A stretch of 64,000 nt of DNA from Candidatus Bathyarchaeia archaeon (GTDB taxonomy: Archaea > Thermoproteota > Bathyarchaeia > 40CM-2-53-6). A program made the translations under genes and the position numbers. Location: contig JBEKFP010000001.1 of NCBI GenBank assembly GCA_050013255.1, positions 256,001 through 320,000 on the forward strand, read 5' to 3'. Below are positions 1 through 8,876 of the stretch, piece by piece; the stretch's first letter is position 1; every line of letters begins with the position of its first letter. Below the pieces are notes generated by a model. That model searched no databases. It saw only the letters and a list, made by a program, of their open reading frames with translations, and was not told the origin of the DNA.

Positions 1-501
1 CTTCCTAACTTTGGGCGCAATTACAATTTGGCAGTATTGTTGCCTTGGGTTATTCTCGAAGTATTTCTGGTGGTAGTCCTCGGCCTTGTAGAAGGCTTTC
101 AACGGTTCGACTTGCGTAACGATCGGCGCATCCCAAATCCCGGCCGCCGTGATTCCCTTGATCACATGTTCGGCGACCACCCTCTGTTCGCTATTATGGT
201 AGAAAATGACGGAACGGTACTGAGTGCCCACGTCAGCCCCCTGCCGGTTTAGAGTTGTAGGGTCGTGTACGGTGAAGAAGACCTCGAGGATTTCCTTGTA
301 TGAAATTACCTCAGGATTAAAGGTCACTTGCGCTACTTCAGCGTGCCCAGTTCTCCCCGTGCAGACCTGTTCGTAGCTTGGATTTGCAATCGTCCCCCCA
401 GAATATCCGGGCTCTACCTTCACGACGCCCTTCAAGCCACTGAAAACTGCTTCCGTACACCAGAAACAGCCGCCCCCGAGAGTAGCTACTTCATCACTCA
501 T
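1..501 (-). CDS. msrA: Peptide methionine sulfoxide reductase MsrA (3'-truncated by window edge; absent from ORF track)
   Basis: Manual translation from ATG at 501: MSDEVATLGGGCFWCTEAVF...GYSGGTIANPSYEQVCTGRTGHAE...HDPTTLNRQGADVGTQYRS; GCFW active-site motif. Confidence 0.95.
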   Translation of the reverse strand, partial: MSDEVATLGGGCFWCTEAVFSGLKGVVKVEPGYSGGTIANPSYEQVCTGRTGHAEVAQVTFNPEVISYKEILEVFFTVHDPTTLNRQGADVGTQYRSVIFYHNSEQRVVAEHVIKGITAAGIWDAPIVTQVEPLKAFYKAEDYHQKYFENNPRQQYCQIVIAPKVRK

Positions 502-672
502 GCTTTCCTTTTGGGGCAATCATGACGTATAAACTCGAACTTTTGACATCAATGATTAGAATCTCAAAAGGTAGCTCGATACGATTCTGGAAGGGGTCTC
601 TCGCAAATTGAACTCGTTATGATCCAAGCGACTCAGTTCTTTGATACCAAGTCAATATCTAGGGTTGGTTGA

Positions 673-1113
673 ATGGCATATTCAGTGAAGGTGCTTCCTA
701 TGGCTGGGTTGTTTAGTGTTCTTTTGCCTTACACTGCCTATCTTGCATTGTTATTGCGAGTTTGGGTTGGAGCCAACTTTGTTGCTCACGGTTATCCTAA
801 ACTGGGCAAGGCGAAGGCGCAGACGCTTCAATGGACTAAGAGCCTAGGAGTTCCAACAATAGCGACCTACCTGGCGATAATTCTGGAGTTCTTTGGTGGA
901 TTATCTTTGATCATTGGATTCATTGTGCCAATTGTTGCGTTTTTCATCGCACTGGAAATGGTCGGTGCTATACTCCTGAAGAAAACTAAGATGAAGGCGC
1001 CCTACATGGGTCAAAATTCGTATGAGATTGACATAACGTACCTTATGCTCGCCATCGCTCTCTTGGTGCTTGGGGCGGGCCTACTTTCAGTTGACTCTTT
1101 CCTTGGACTTTAG
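673..1113 (+). CDS. DoxX family membrane protein
   Basis: LLLRVWVGANFVAHGYPKL and EFFGGLSLIIG motifs, about 4 TM helices, C-terminal GAG..SVD. Confidence 0.85.
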   Translation: MAYSVKVLPMAGLFSVLLPYTAYLALLLRVWVGANFVAHGYPKLGKAKAQTLQWTKSLGVPTIATYLAIILEFFGGLSLIIGFIVPIVAFFIALEMVGAILLKKTKMKAPYMGQNSYEIDITYLMLAIALLVLGAGLLSVDSFLGL

Positions 1114-1207
1114 GGAAATGAATGAGTCAGGCTGCTATGACTGGTGTAGAACGGCGTGAGTCGATTTGGGTCATAAGAAGACGGAGACCACTTTGGTCGC
1201 GCACTTC

Positions 1208-1260
1208 CTAACGATGACGGTTCAAATTCCGTTGCCCGCACCAGCTGACCCGTACACACG
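1208..1260 (+). repeat. tRNA-3'-end-like repeat, copy 1
   Basis: CTAACGA..GGTTCAAATTCCGTTGCCCGCACCAGCTGACCCGTACACAC; near-identical inverted copy at 3483-3539. Confidence 0.75.
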
Positions 1261-1357
1261 AAAAGTCATATTTCCGTCGCCGCTGCGAGTGAGAAAGTAA
1301 CACACGGCAACTGTTAGAAGTAATACATGAAAGTGTTGGGGCGTAGTTGGAATACGC

Positions 1358-1828
1358 ATGATGAGGAAGGTAGAGCCTGGAAGTTTTGTTGACTGCGTAG
1401 AATCGGTAATGGTTAGCCCCGTTGAAACCGTGAAACCGACCGACCTTCTTCAATACGCGCTGAAGAGGATCGTCAAGAAGAACATCGGGTGTGTGGTGGT
1501 TGTCGAAGGTAAGAAGCCTGTAGGAATTGTCACGGAACGTGATGTGTCTCGAAGAGTTGCGAAGAGTTCGAAGCTTCTGGTAACTCAAGTGAGACGAGTC
1601 ATGTCAAGTCCGCTTATTACTGCAACCCGGGGTACTCCTATCGACAAAGCCGTCTATCTTATGGCTAAGCACGGTATCCGAAGGCTCCCAGTCATCGATA
1701 GAGAGGAACTGGTCGGTCTCGTTTCGGAACGTGACTTGCTACGATGGATGCTTCAAGTGAGCTACGAGCCTCAGGTTCCAATCGAAATCAGACAAATCCT
1801 AGCGAGGAGAGCTGAAGCGAAAACCTAG
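1358..1828 (+). CDS. CBS-domain pair protein
   Basis: VGIVTERD / IRRLPV / LVGLVSERDLL CBS motifs. Confidence 0.9.
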   Translation: MMRKVEPGSFVDCVESVMVSPVETVKPTDLLQYALKRIVKKNIGCVVVVEGKKPVGIVTERDVSRRVAKSSKLLVTQVRRVMSSPLITATRGTPIDKAVYLMAKHGIRRLPVIDREELVGLVSERDLLRWMLQVSYEPQVPIEIRQILARRAEAKT

Positions 1829-1865
1829 CTTAGCGTAGGTGGCTACATACATTTGCTGGGCCTTT

Positions 1866-1896
1866 GTGTGTGGGTCAGCTGGTGCGCACACACACG
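1866..1896 (-). repeat. tRNA-3'-end-like repeat, partial copy 2
   Basis: Minus strand reads GCACCAGCTGACCCACACAC, shared with copies 1 and 3. Confidence 0.7.
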
Positions 1897-2186
1897 AAAT
1901 GCCTATTCAGGCTGTATGAGGTGTAGAATGCGGAACAGTCACTCACTCTTTTTGTTCAGCTGAATCCGATTAAGCGGAACAACGGCACTCGCACTCAATC
2001 AACTATCTGTATTGGCGTCCACGATACAGGGTGCTCTGAATAGGCATCCGCCGATGCCGAACAACCGACACGAACAGTCATAAACCGAACAGAGCCCGCA
2101 TTGCCCGGTTCTTTTGCGTTCGAAATCGCTGCCGGCATTGAGTGGACATCCAGAAATAGTCTCTTCGTGTTCGAGTTTGGTTCGGG

Positions 2187-3386
2187 GTGTATCCGACGAG
2201 CCCAATTGCTCGGCCTAGTTTGTTCAGGGGGGAGATCTTACTCCTGATAATAGTGGACGGGCTTTTCGGGTTCGCGGTTGGCTTCAGCTCTCCCTCCGTC
2301 GCGCCGTTAATCGTCGCCATCGGGGTTAGCATAACATTCGTGGGTCAAGCACAAACCATCGGAGGCCTGGGCGCCACATTTCTTCGCTTGCCCATTGGTG
2401 TCTTGATTGATCGAATTGGGCGAAAACCCTTCATTCTCATAGGGGGACTCGTGACGCTGGTTGGTTTCTTTTCGTACTCTTTCGCCACATACTGGGTTCT
2501 GTTGGGCGCGGGCATCGTGCTAGTGAGTTTGGACCAGGCTATTCGCGGGACAGCTTCGTACGCGGCGCTCGGCCACGCAACCACAACGCAGGGACTTGGA
2601 AAGATTTTCAGCATTGACCTTGGCGTAACTGAAACGGCCGCCACACTGGCACCACTCCTTGGGGGTTTCTTAGCGACCGCGATGGGTCTCCCAAGACAAA
2701 TAATTTTCACAACTTCCGCCGCTCTCGTTGCAACTGCTCTCGGGATCGTGGTTCTGGGCTACAAACCAGAGCGAATCCAGCGAACCGAAGCCGCAGCCGG
2801 GTCTTGGTGGGGGTTCCTACGCCCCGACAAAAGCCTCATACCTTTGCTGGTGGTAGTGGCGCTCGATTCAGTCGCATGGAGAATCAGCTTCCCCTTCTGG
2901 GCGTTGTATATTTTCAAAGAGATGAAATCTACCCAAGAACAGTTAGGGATAGCATTGGCAATCTCCGCTGGAATTCCAGCGCTGACGGGTTTCACGTTGG
3001 GTTCCAAGCTCGACAAGCTCGGCGGGAGGCCTTTTCTGGCGGCTAGTGAATGGTCCGCCATTGGTTGTTTTCTGCCGCTTTTGTTGGGTTGGAGACCTGA
3101 GTTCGCGTACATATCCGCCGTATTCGCTGGTTTCGTCTACAGCTTATGGATGCCCGCCCTAAACGCTCACATTGTTCTACATTACGGGCGAGAGAGATAC
3201 GGTCAGACGTTTGGGATACTGGCGCTCGTTGCCGGCATGGCATCAGCCGTGTCCCCAATCCTGGGTGGGTGGATGTGGGACAACATATCACCACAATCCC
3301 CCTTCATACTCAACCTAGTCCTAGCCATCATAATCGGTTTCATAATCTGGTTCAAAATCAAAGAACCAACTCCAGCGGTGACCTAG
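2187..3386 (+). CDS. MFS transporter
   Basis: GVLIDRIGRKP motif A; about 12 hydrophobic segments. Confidence 0.9.
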   Translation: MYPTSPIARPSLFRGEILLLIIVDGLFGFAVGFSSPSVAPLIVAIGVSITFVGQAQTIGGLGATFLRLPIGVLIDRIGRKPFILIGGLVTLVGFFSYSFATYWVLLGAGIVLVSLDQAIRGTASYAALGHATTTQGLGKIFSIDLGVTETAATLAPLLGGFLATAMGLPRQIIFTTSAALVATALGIVVLGYKPERIQRTEAAAGSWWGFLRPDKSLIPLLVVVALDSVAWRISFPFWALYIFKEMKSTQEQLGIALAISAGIPALTGFTLGSKLDKLGGRPFLAASEWSAIGCFLPLLLGWRPEFAYISAVFAGFVYSLWMPALNAHIVLHYGRERYGQTFGILALVAGMASAVSPILGGWMWDNISPQSPFILNLVLAIIIGFIIWFKIKEPTPAVT

Positions 3387-3482
3387 GAAGCGAGCACGTG
3401 CGGTCAGACACGTGTGGTACCCTTGGTGCGCGCCCCCCAAAATAATGAACGAACGATCGTCTGTGGATTGTTGTTAGTTGTT

Positions 3483-3539
3483 GTGTGTGGGTCAGCTGGT
3501 GCGGGCAAGGGAATTTGAATTGTCGTCCTTCGTCGTTAG
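3483..3539 (-). repeat. tRNA-3'-end-like repeat, copy 3
   Basis: Minus strand: CTAACGACGA...TTCAAATTCCCTTGCCCGCACCAGCTGACCCACACAC. Confidence 0.75.
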
Positions 3540-3599
3540 CAAAAGCGTGTGTGAGCCTAGTCGTTTCGGGCCATGTAGACGAATGGATCGTACCACGAT

Positions 3600-5042
3600 T
3601 TAAGAAGCGGCCGGGAGGCCGGCGAGTGTTCGGGCTAGGTCTTTCTTTCTTTCCAGGTCAGCTAGTTGTTTTATCGTCATTTGCGCGGCTGCAGGGGAGC
3701 CGCCGCCGTGCATGCAGAGCGCGCCTAGTCTCCCCGGGCCGGCAACCATGCTCTCGATGAGCCTAGCCACCCTCAACCTCTTTTCCGCCGTAACTCCATG
3801 CGAGCCACGATAGTACTTTTCCACCAGCGGGCCTATCTTCGGGTTTTTCAAATCGAGTTCGGATGGCATGGAGGATATCATTCCGCCGCCGATGTCTTCA
3901 GCTATCTTCTGAATCTCGTACGGGAGCCTTGTCACACTGATCTTGGTGACGTTGGCTAGGAGGGGGTCGGGGAACCATACGCCAGATGGCGTTGGCTGAC
4001 CCTCGTAAGCAGCACCTAAGGCTTGTGAGTATAAGGCCTCGGATAGGTACGTCATTTCAGCCAACCGGTCGGAGAGTTGCCTAGACAACCCATTGTATTC
4101 AGCCAGAAGTGCGCCAGCCCCAGTTAACACGTCACCACAACCCGCCAAACAACCGCCCAACACCATTCTATGGAGCAAAACGAACTTGGTCACGACATCC
4201 ACAGCGAAGTCGCACTCCCCGTTCATGAAAACGCGTTCTTTGGGAACGAAGACATCATCGAAAACCACGAGCGATTCGGATGAGCCGAAGTTAACGTTCC
4301 CCTTATCGAACCCTCCCTCCAATTTCCTTTCCCCGCCCGGCTGCATGTCAACAACTTGCATCACACCCTCCGCGTTCATTGGCACAGCGAAGGCGACGGC
4401 GTGCTCCTTCTCAGCTTCAGCGAACCCCGTGCCTGGTTGAACGATGATCTCGTGCGAGCCTATTGCGCCGCCAATCATACTCTTGGCGCCCCGCACTACG
4501 ATTCCTTTCTTATTCTCGTCCACTACTCTGAGGTAAACATCCTTGTCAGGTTGGTGTTTCGGTTTCAGGGACCGGTTGCCTTTCGGGTCTGTCAACGCGC
4601 CTGCGCAGGTTAGGTCTTTGCCTTGCACCATCTCGGCGTATCGTTTCAGCCGCTTGTGGTAGTCCGTGCCGAGTTGGGCGTCCATTTCATATGTTGAGTG
4701 CCAAAGCGCGTTGAGGGCGTCCCAACCACAGCAACGGCTCGCTGTACAGACTCCCGTCCATTGACAAACAAGTCGCGCCGCCTTAACGCGGTTTACCAGA
4801 TCCTCCCTGGACCTATGGATTGAGCAGTATGCGCTGATTTTCGACCCGGCTTCACCTGTTCTCGTTAGGAGGCTGTCGTACCTGGGCTGTTTGGAAAGGT
4901 TGTAGATTTCACCAATCCCTTCTAACGCCAGGCGTGTGAACGTGTTTTTTGTTACGTCTTGAATGCGGTCGCCGCGCATGTAGGCCTCAGACTTTAGCCG
5001 CTTCATGCTCTGGATGTATTGTTGTTTAGACTTTAGGACCAT
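3600..5042 (-). CDS. 4-hydroxybutyryl-CoA dehydratase / HpaB-family flavoprotein (AbfD-like, divergent)
   Basis: TGVCTASRCCGWD, GALTDPKGNRS, GIVVRGAK, HR..GGC and MHGGGSP motifs typical of the AbfD family. Confidence 0.8.
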   Translation of the reverse strand: MVLKSKQQYIQSMKRLKSEAYMRGDRIQDVTKNTFTRLALEGIGEIYNLSKQPRYDSLLTRTGEAGSKISAYCSIHRSREDLVNRVKAARLVCQWTGVCTASRCCGWDALNALWHSTYEMDAQLGTDYHKRLKRYAEMVQGKDLTCAGALTDPKGNRSLKPKHQPDKDVYLRVVDENKKGIVVRGAKSMIGGAIGSHEIIVQPGTGFAEAEKEHAVAFAVPMNAEGVMQVVDMQPGGERKLEGGFDKGNVNFGSSESLVVFDDVFVPKERVFMNGECDFAVDVVTKFVLLHRMVLGGCLAGCGDVLTGAGALLAEYNGLSRQLSDRLAEMTYLSEALYSQALGAAYEGQPTPSGVWFPDPLLANVTKISVTRLPYEIQKIAEDIGGGMISSMPSELDLKNPKIGPLVEKYYRGSHGVTAEKRLRVARLIESMVAGPGRLGALCMHGGGSPAAAQMTIKQLADLERKKDLARTLAGLPAAS

Positions 5043-5051
5043 GTAGAACCC

Positions 5052-6215
5052 TCAGAGGAGTTCGTTGGAAATCACGAGTCGTTGAATCTCTGATGTGCCC
5101 TCGTAGATTTCTGTGATCTTCGCGTCCCGGTAGTATCTTTCGAGGGGTAGGTCTGTCATGTAGCCGTATCCTCCGTGGATTTGTAATGCCTTTCGAGCGG
5201 CTTCGACTGCGGTTGATGCGGCGAAGAGCTTAGCCATGCTAGCCTCCTTCGTGTGTTTTCTACCTTGGTCTGTAAGGGTAGCAGCATGGTACGTGAGCAG
5301 TCTCGCGGCTTCAATTTCGGTCGCCATGTCCGCGATCATCCAACGAATCGCTTGTTGGTCGCTGATGGGTTTCCCGAATTGAACCCTCGTCCTTGCATGC
5401 TCGATCGCAGCGTCCAGGGACGCTTGGGCTATGCCTACGGCTTGTGCTGCAATGCTAATCCGCCCACAATCCAGCGTGTCCATTGCAATCTTGAATCCCT
5501 CCCCTGGCCGACCAAGCATGTTCCTTGCCGGAACTCGCACGTTATCGAAAATTACTTCAGAAACCATCGATGAACGTATTCCCATCTTATCAAATATCTT
5601 CCCAATCTTGACGCCAGGCATGTTCCGGTCAACGATGAAACATGATATGCCTCGGTGCGCGAGTGATTTGTCTGTCATCGCGAAGACGAGGTAGGTGCTC
5701 GCCATCGGAGCGTTCACGATGAAGTACTTGCGGCCACGAATCACGTACTCATCGCCGCTCAGCGTCGCCTTCGACTCCATCGACGCAACATCGCTTCCGG
5801 CTCCAGGTTCAGTTAAGCAGAATGACCCGAACTTCGAACCTTGGGCCAATGGTGTCAAGTAGAGCATCTTTTGCGGCTCGGTTCCGTACGATAGCAGTGG
5901 TTGGCTGACAAGTGATACGTGCACAGCTAAGGTAACCCCGAGGGCAGCGGAACCGCGGGAGATTTCCTCTACGGCAAGAATATAGCTCAGTACGTCTTGG
6001 CCGCCTCCTCCATACTTTCTTGGGATCGGCAGGCCAATCAGGCCGGCCTTAGCCATTGCGCGCCAAGTTTCTGTCGGGAATCTCTTGCTCTTGTCCCAAC
6101 CATCAGCCTTCGGTAAGACGAATTTCTCCGCGAAGCTACGGGCTCTTCGCAGCACATCTTCCTGGCGCTTACTTAATGCAGTTCTGTCAAGTTGTCGTCT
6201 GCTAATCAGTTTCAC
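5052..6215 (-). CDS. Acyl-CoA dehydrogenase (short/branched-chain type)
   Basis: FCLTEPGAGSD, QIHGGYGY, RDAKITEIYEGTSEIQR. Confidence 0.95.
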   Translation of the reverse strand: MKLISRRQLDRTALSKRQEDVLRRARSFAEKFVLPKADGWDKSKRFPTETWRAMAKAGLIGLPIPRKYGGGGQDVLSYILAVEEISRGSAALGVTLAVHVSLVSQPLLSYGTEPQKMLYLTPLAQGSKFGSFCLTEPGAGSDVASMESKATLSGDEYVIRGRKYFIVNAPMASTYLVFAMTDKSLAHRGISCFIVDRNMPGVKIGKIFDKMGIRSSMVSEVIFDNVRVPARNMLGRPGEGFKIAMDTLDCGRISIAAQAVGIAQASLDAAIEHARTRVQFGKPISDQQAIRWMIADMATEIEAARLLTYHAATLTDQGRKHTKEASMAKLFAASTAVEAARKALQIHGGYGYMTDLPLERYYRDAKITEIYEGTSEIQRLVISNELL

Positions 6216-6261
6216 TCGCCTGTTTGTTTTAATTGTGCATTCCAGCCATCCAGTGTTCAGT

Positions 6262-6636
6262 CATCAGTTGATGAAGCCGAGTCAACGGCGGGATGTGGGC
6301 TTTCGCCCGAATTAGCCGACTGGGCCGATGTTGGGTATCTGGTTGCTTTTGACCGAGCGTGAAACCCTGACTGTGCGAATGGTCTAGCTGGTTTCGTGAA
6401 TGCGAAACGAGAGCCCTGAGGTTCGGGGCCGTCGCGTCTGCAGGTGAAGCGATGGTATGGGAATCCGAGACTGACGGTAATCCCTCAGTCGATGCAGATG
6501 AGTCAAGGAGACGAAGACTTGACAGAACCCTTAATGCAAACTCCATACGAACCCCCATCAGGGGTAGCGTAAGTACCGGCAAATATCTGTTGGATACGAA
6601 CAATACTTACTATACCGATGGCTTCACCCGTTGATG
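6262..6636 (+). ncRNA. Candidate large structured non-coding RNA (unidentified)
   Basis: 17-bp imperfect terminal helix plus at least 7 internal helices, several with G-U pairs on the + strand; TATA-like TTTTAATT at 6227-6234; no credible ORF. Confidence 0.5.
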
Positions 6637-6730
6637 CCTAAAATACTCTCTGAGAACTCACCCGAGCCGCTTGAGCAAAGGGTAACTATTCAGGCAAAGA
6701 AGCATCTTCGTTGCGCAGGGTCAGTGAATA

Positions 6731-7039
6731 TTGAACGCGTACGTGAAAGTCTGCGAAACAACCGACGTCCCATCCGGAACCATGCACCCAGTTGACGTAG
6801 GCCAGAATAAGCTGATGATCGTCAACGTAGATGGCTTTCTGTACGCATTGAACAGAATATGCTCCCATGAAACCGCAGACCTATCGACCGGTTTCCTCGT
6901 GGGTTCCGTGGTAACTTGCCCGCTACACCTGTCGAGGTTCAATGTGAAAACTGGCGAAGTAGAGAACCTTCCAGCCACAGTGCCCCTTGCCACATATGCT
7001 TTGAAGATTGAAGGGACAAGTGTATACGTCCGAGTGTAG
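6731..7039 (+). CDS. Rieske-type [2Fe-2S] ferredoxin
   Basis: CSH...CPLH Rieske ligands, 102 aa. Confidence 0.92.
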   Translation: MNAYVKVCETTDVPSGTMHPVDVGQNKLMIVNVDGFLYALNRICSHETADLSTGFLVGSVVTCPLHLSRFNVKTGEVENLPATVPLATYALKIEGTSVYVRV

Positions 7040-7117
7040 GCTCAGCAGAGAGAATGAGTTGGAGAACTTATATCACGTCATACACGTTACTTCAACCAAT
7101 GTTCGCCGGTCTAGGTA

Positions 7118-8362
7118 ATGGTCGAAAAAGTTACAACGATAAACGTTTCTAAGCTCCGAGAAGACTTTCCGGTTCTAAAACGCCAAGTCAACGGAAAACC
7201 ACTCATCTACTTCGATAACGCCGCCACATCACAAAAACCCGAATCCGTCATAGAAACCACAGACCGGTACTACAGAGAGTACAATGCGAACATTCATCGC
7301 GGAATCCACAAACTAGCTGAGGAAGCAACACTCGCGCATGAAGAAGCAAGAGAAAAAATCGCCAAATTCATCAACGCAAAGCACACCGAAGAAATAATTT
7401 TCACACGAAACGCAACTGAAGCGATAAACCTAGTCGCCTACACCTGGGGCAGGGCGAACATTGGGAAAGGGGACAAGATTGTCTTAACAATCATGGAGCA
7501 TCACAGCAACATAGTTCCGTGGCAGTTGCTTGCACAAGAAAAGGGCGCCAACGTTGAGTACGTAAAGATTGATAATGGAGGGTTGCTCCGCCTGGATGAA
7601 GTTCACGAGTTGATTGATGAGAGAACGAAGATCGTGTGCGTAACTCAAGCCTCTAACGTGCTTGGAACGATTAACCCAGTTAAGGAGATTGGCAAGGTCG
7701 CCCACCGCTACGGTGCAATGTTCTTAGTTGATGCAGCCCAGTCCGTTCCGCACATGCGTGTTGACGTTAGGGATACTGACAGCGACTTCTTCGCATTCTC
7801 AGGCCACAAGATGTTGGGCCCCACCGGAATTGGAGTCCTCCACGGGAAGAGCGAACACCTCAGGAGAATGCCGCCATTCTTGGGTGGTGGAGAAATGATA
7901 AGGGAAGTTCACACTACCGGAGCCTCGTGGAAGGACATCCCATACAAGTACGAGGCTGGGACACCAAACATAGTCGGCGCCATCGGCCTCGGGACGGCAG
8001 TGGATTATCTCAGCAAGATCGGAATGGAAAACGTCCATGAGCATGAGAGAGAAATCTCCAAGTACGCAATTGGAAGAATGAGCGAAGTAAAGGACCTCAC
8101 CCTATATGGGCCCAGAGACATTGCACAAAGGGTCGGCGTACTCTCTTTCAATTTGGGAGACATCCATGCCCACGACCTCGCTTCAATCTTGGATGAAGAA
8201 GGCATCGCCATAAGGTCAGGGCACCATTGCGCCCAACCCTTGATGGAATTCCTAAACGTCCCCGCCATGTCGAGAGCAAGCTTTTACATTTACAACACGA
8301 AAGAGGAAGTTGACGTATTCATCAACGCCCTTGAGAAGGCCAGGAAGCTATTCGCGCGATGA
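7118..8362 (+). CDS. sufS: Cysteine desulfurase SufS
   Basis: YFDNAATSQKP, MEHHSNIVPWQ, FSGHKMLGPTG, RSGHHCAQP. Confidence 0.96.
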   Translation: MVEKVTTINVSKLREDFPVLKRQVNGKPLIYFDNAATSQKPESVIETTDRYYREYNANIHRGIHKLAEEATLAHEEAREKIAKFINAKHTEEIIFTRNATEAINLVAYTWGRANIGKGDKIVLTIMEHHSNIVPWQLLAQEKGANVEYVKIDNGGLLRLDEVHELIDERTKIVCVTQASNVLGTINPVKEIGKVAHRYGAMFLVDAAQSVPHMRVDVRDTDSDFFAFSGHKMLGPTGIGVLHGKSEHLRRMPPFLGGGEMIREVHTTGASWKDIPYKYEAGTPNIVGAIGLGTAVDYLSKIGMENVHEHEREISKYAIGRMSEVKDLTLYGPRDIAQRVGVLSFNLGDIHAHDLASILDEEGIAIRSGHHCAQPLMEFLNVPAMSRASFYIYNTKEEVDVFINALEKARKLFAR

Positions 8363-8766
8363 GTTCTGAAATCTACAAAGACATTATTTTGGACTATTAC
8401 CGGAACCCGCGCAACTTCGGTGACCTACAGGACCCGGATGTCCGCGCGAAGGACTCGAACCCGTTATGCGGCGACATCATAGAGATGCAGCTGAAGATCA
8501 AGGACGGTAAGGTGGACGATATACGGTTCAAGGGTAAAGGCTGCGCCATTAGCCAAGCCTCAGCTTCAATGCTCACAGAGGCGGTCAAAGGGAAGACACT
8601 TGATGAAATCAAAGCCATGGGCAAACCTAACGTGCTGGAACTCCTAGGCATAGACCCAGGCCCAACTCGAATCAAATGCGCCCTGCTAGGCTTGAAAGTT
8701 CTGAAACTCAGTGTTTACGGCTACCTCGGGCAAGCAGTAACCGATGAAGTAAAGCAACTAGTCTAA
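8359..8766 (+). CDS. sufU: SufU/IscU-type Fe-S scaffold or sulfur-transfer protein
   Basis: NPLCGD, GCAISQASAS, RIKCALL; overlaps the sufS stop. Confidence 0.9.
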   Translation: MSSEIYKDIILDYYRNPRNFGDLQDPDVRAKDSNPLCGDIIEMQLKIKDGKVDDIRFKGKGCAISQASASMLTEAVKGKTLDEIKAMGKPNVLELLGIDPGPTRIKCALLGLKVLKLSVYGYLGQAVTDEVKQLV

Positions 8767-8876
8767 CTGCACCCTTGCAGTCAATTCAATAGTAAGTCAG
8801 ATTGCGGAAACTGACCTTCCCGCCTGTTTTGGTTGGATGAAAAGTTTATGTGAGATGCGGTTAACGTTATGAAGCC

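Noticed and set aside
28-525. Plus-strand ORFs 28-252 and 328-525
   Set aside because: Antisense shadows of msrA on the minus strand.
1999-2205. Cys-rich 68-aa ORF as a metal-binding protein
   Set aside because: Overlaps the MFS start, irregular Cys spacing, no SD or recognisable family.
1208-3539. CRISPR array from the repeated GGGTCAGCTGGTGCG motif
   Set aside because: Only three copies, mixed orientation, irregular kb-scale spacing, and no cas genes.
6229-6634. ORFs 6229-6603(-) and 6452-6634(+) as proteins
   Set aside because: No recognisable motifs and atypical composition; the region is better explained by RNA structure.
6262-6700. RNase P RNA, SRP RNA, group I or group II intron, or C/D-box RNA identity for the structured region
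   Set aside because: No GAGGAAAGUCC/ACAGAA..GGCUUA P4 pair (ACAGAACCC is internal and not followed by GGCTTA), no SRP helix-8 motif, GAGCCG at 6664 lacks a domain-V partner, and the TGATGA/CTGA boxes lack a proper terminal K-turn stem.
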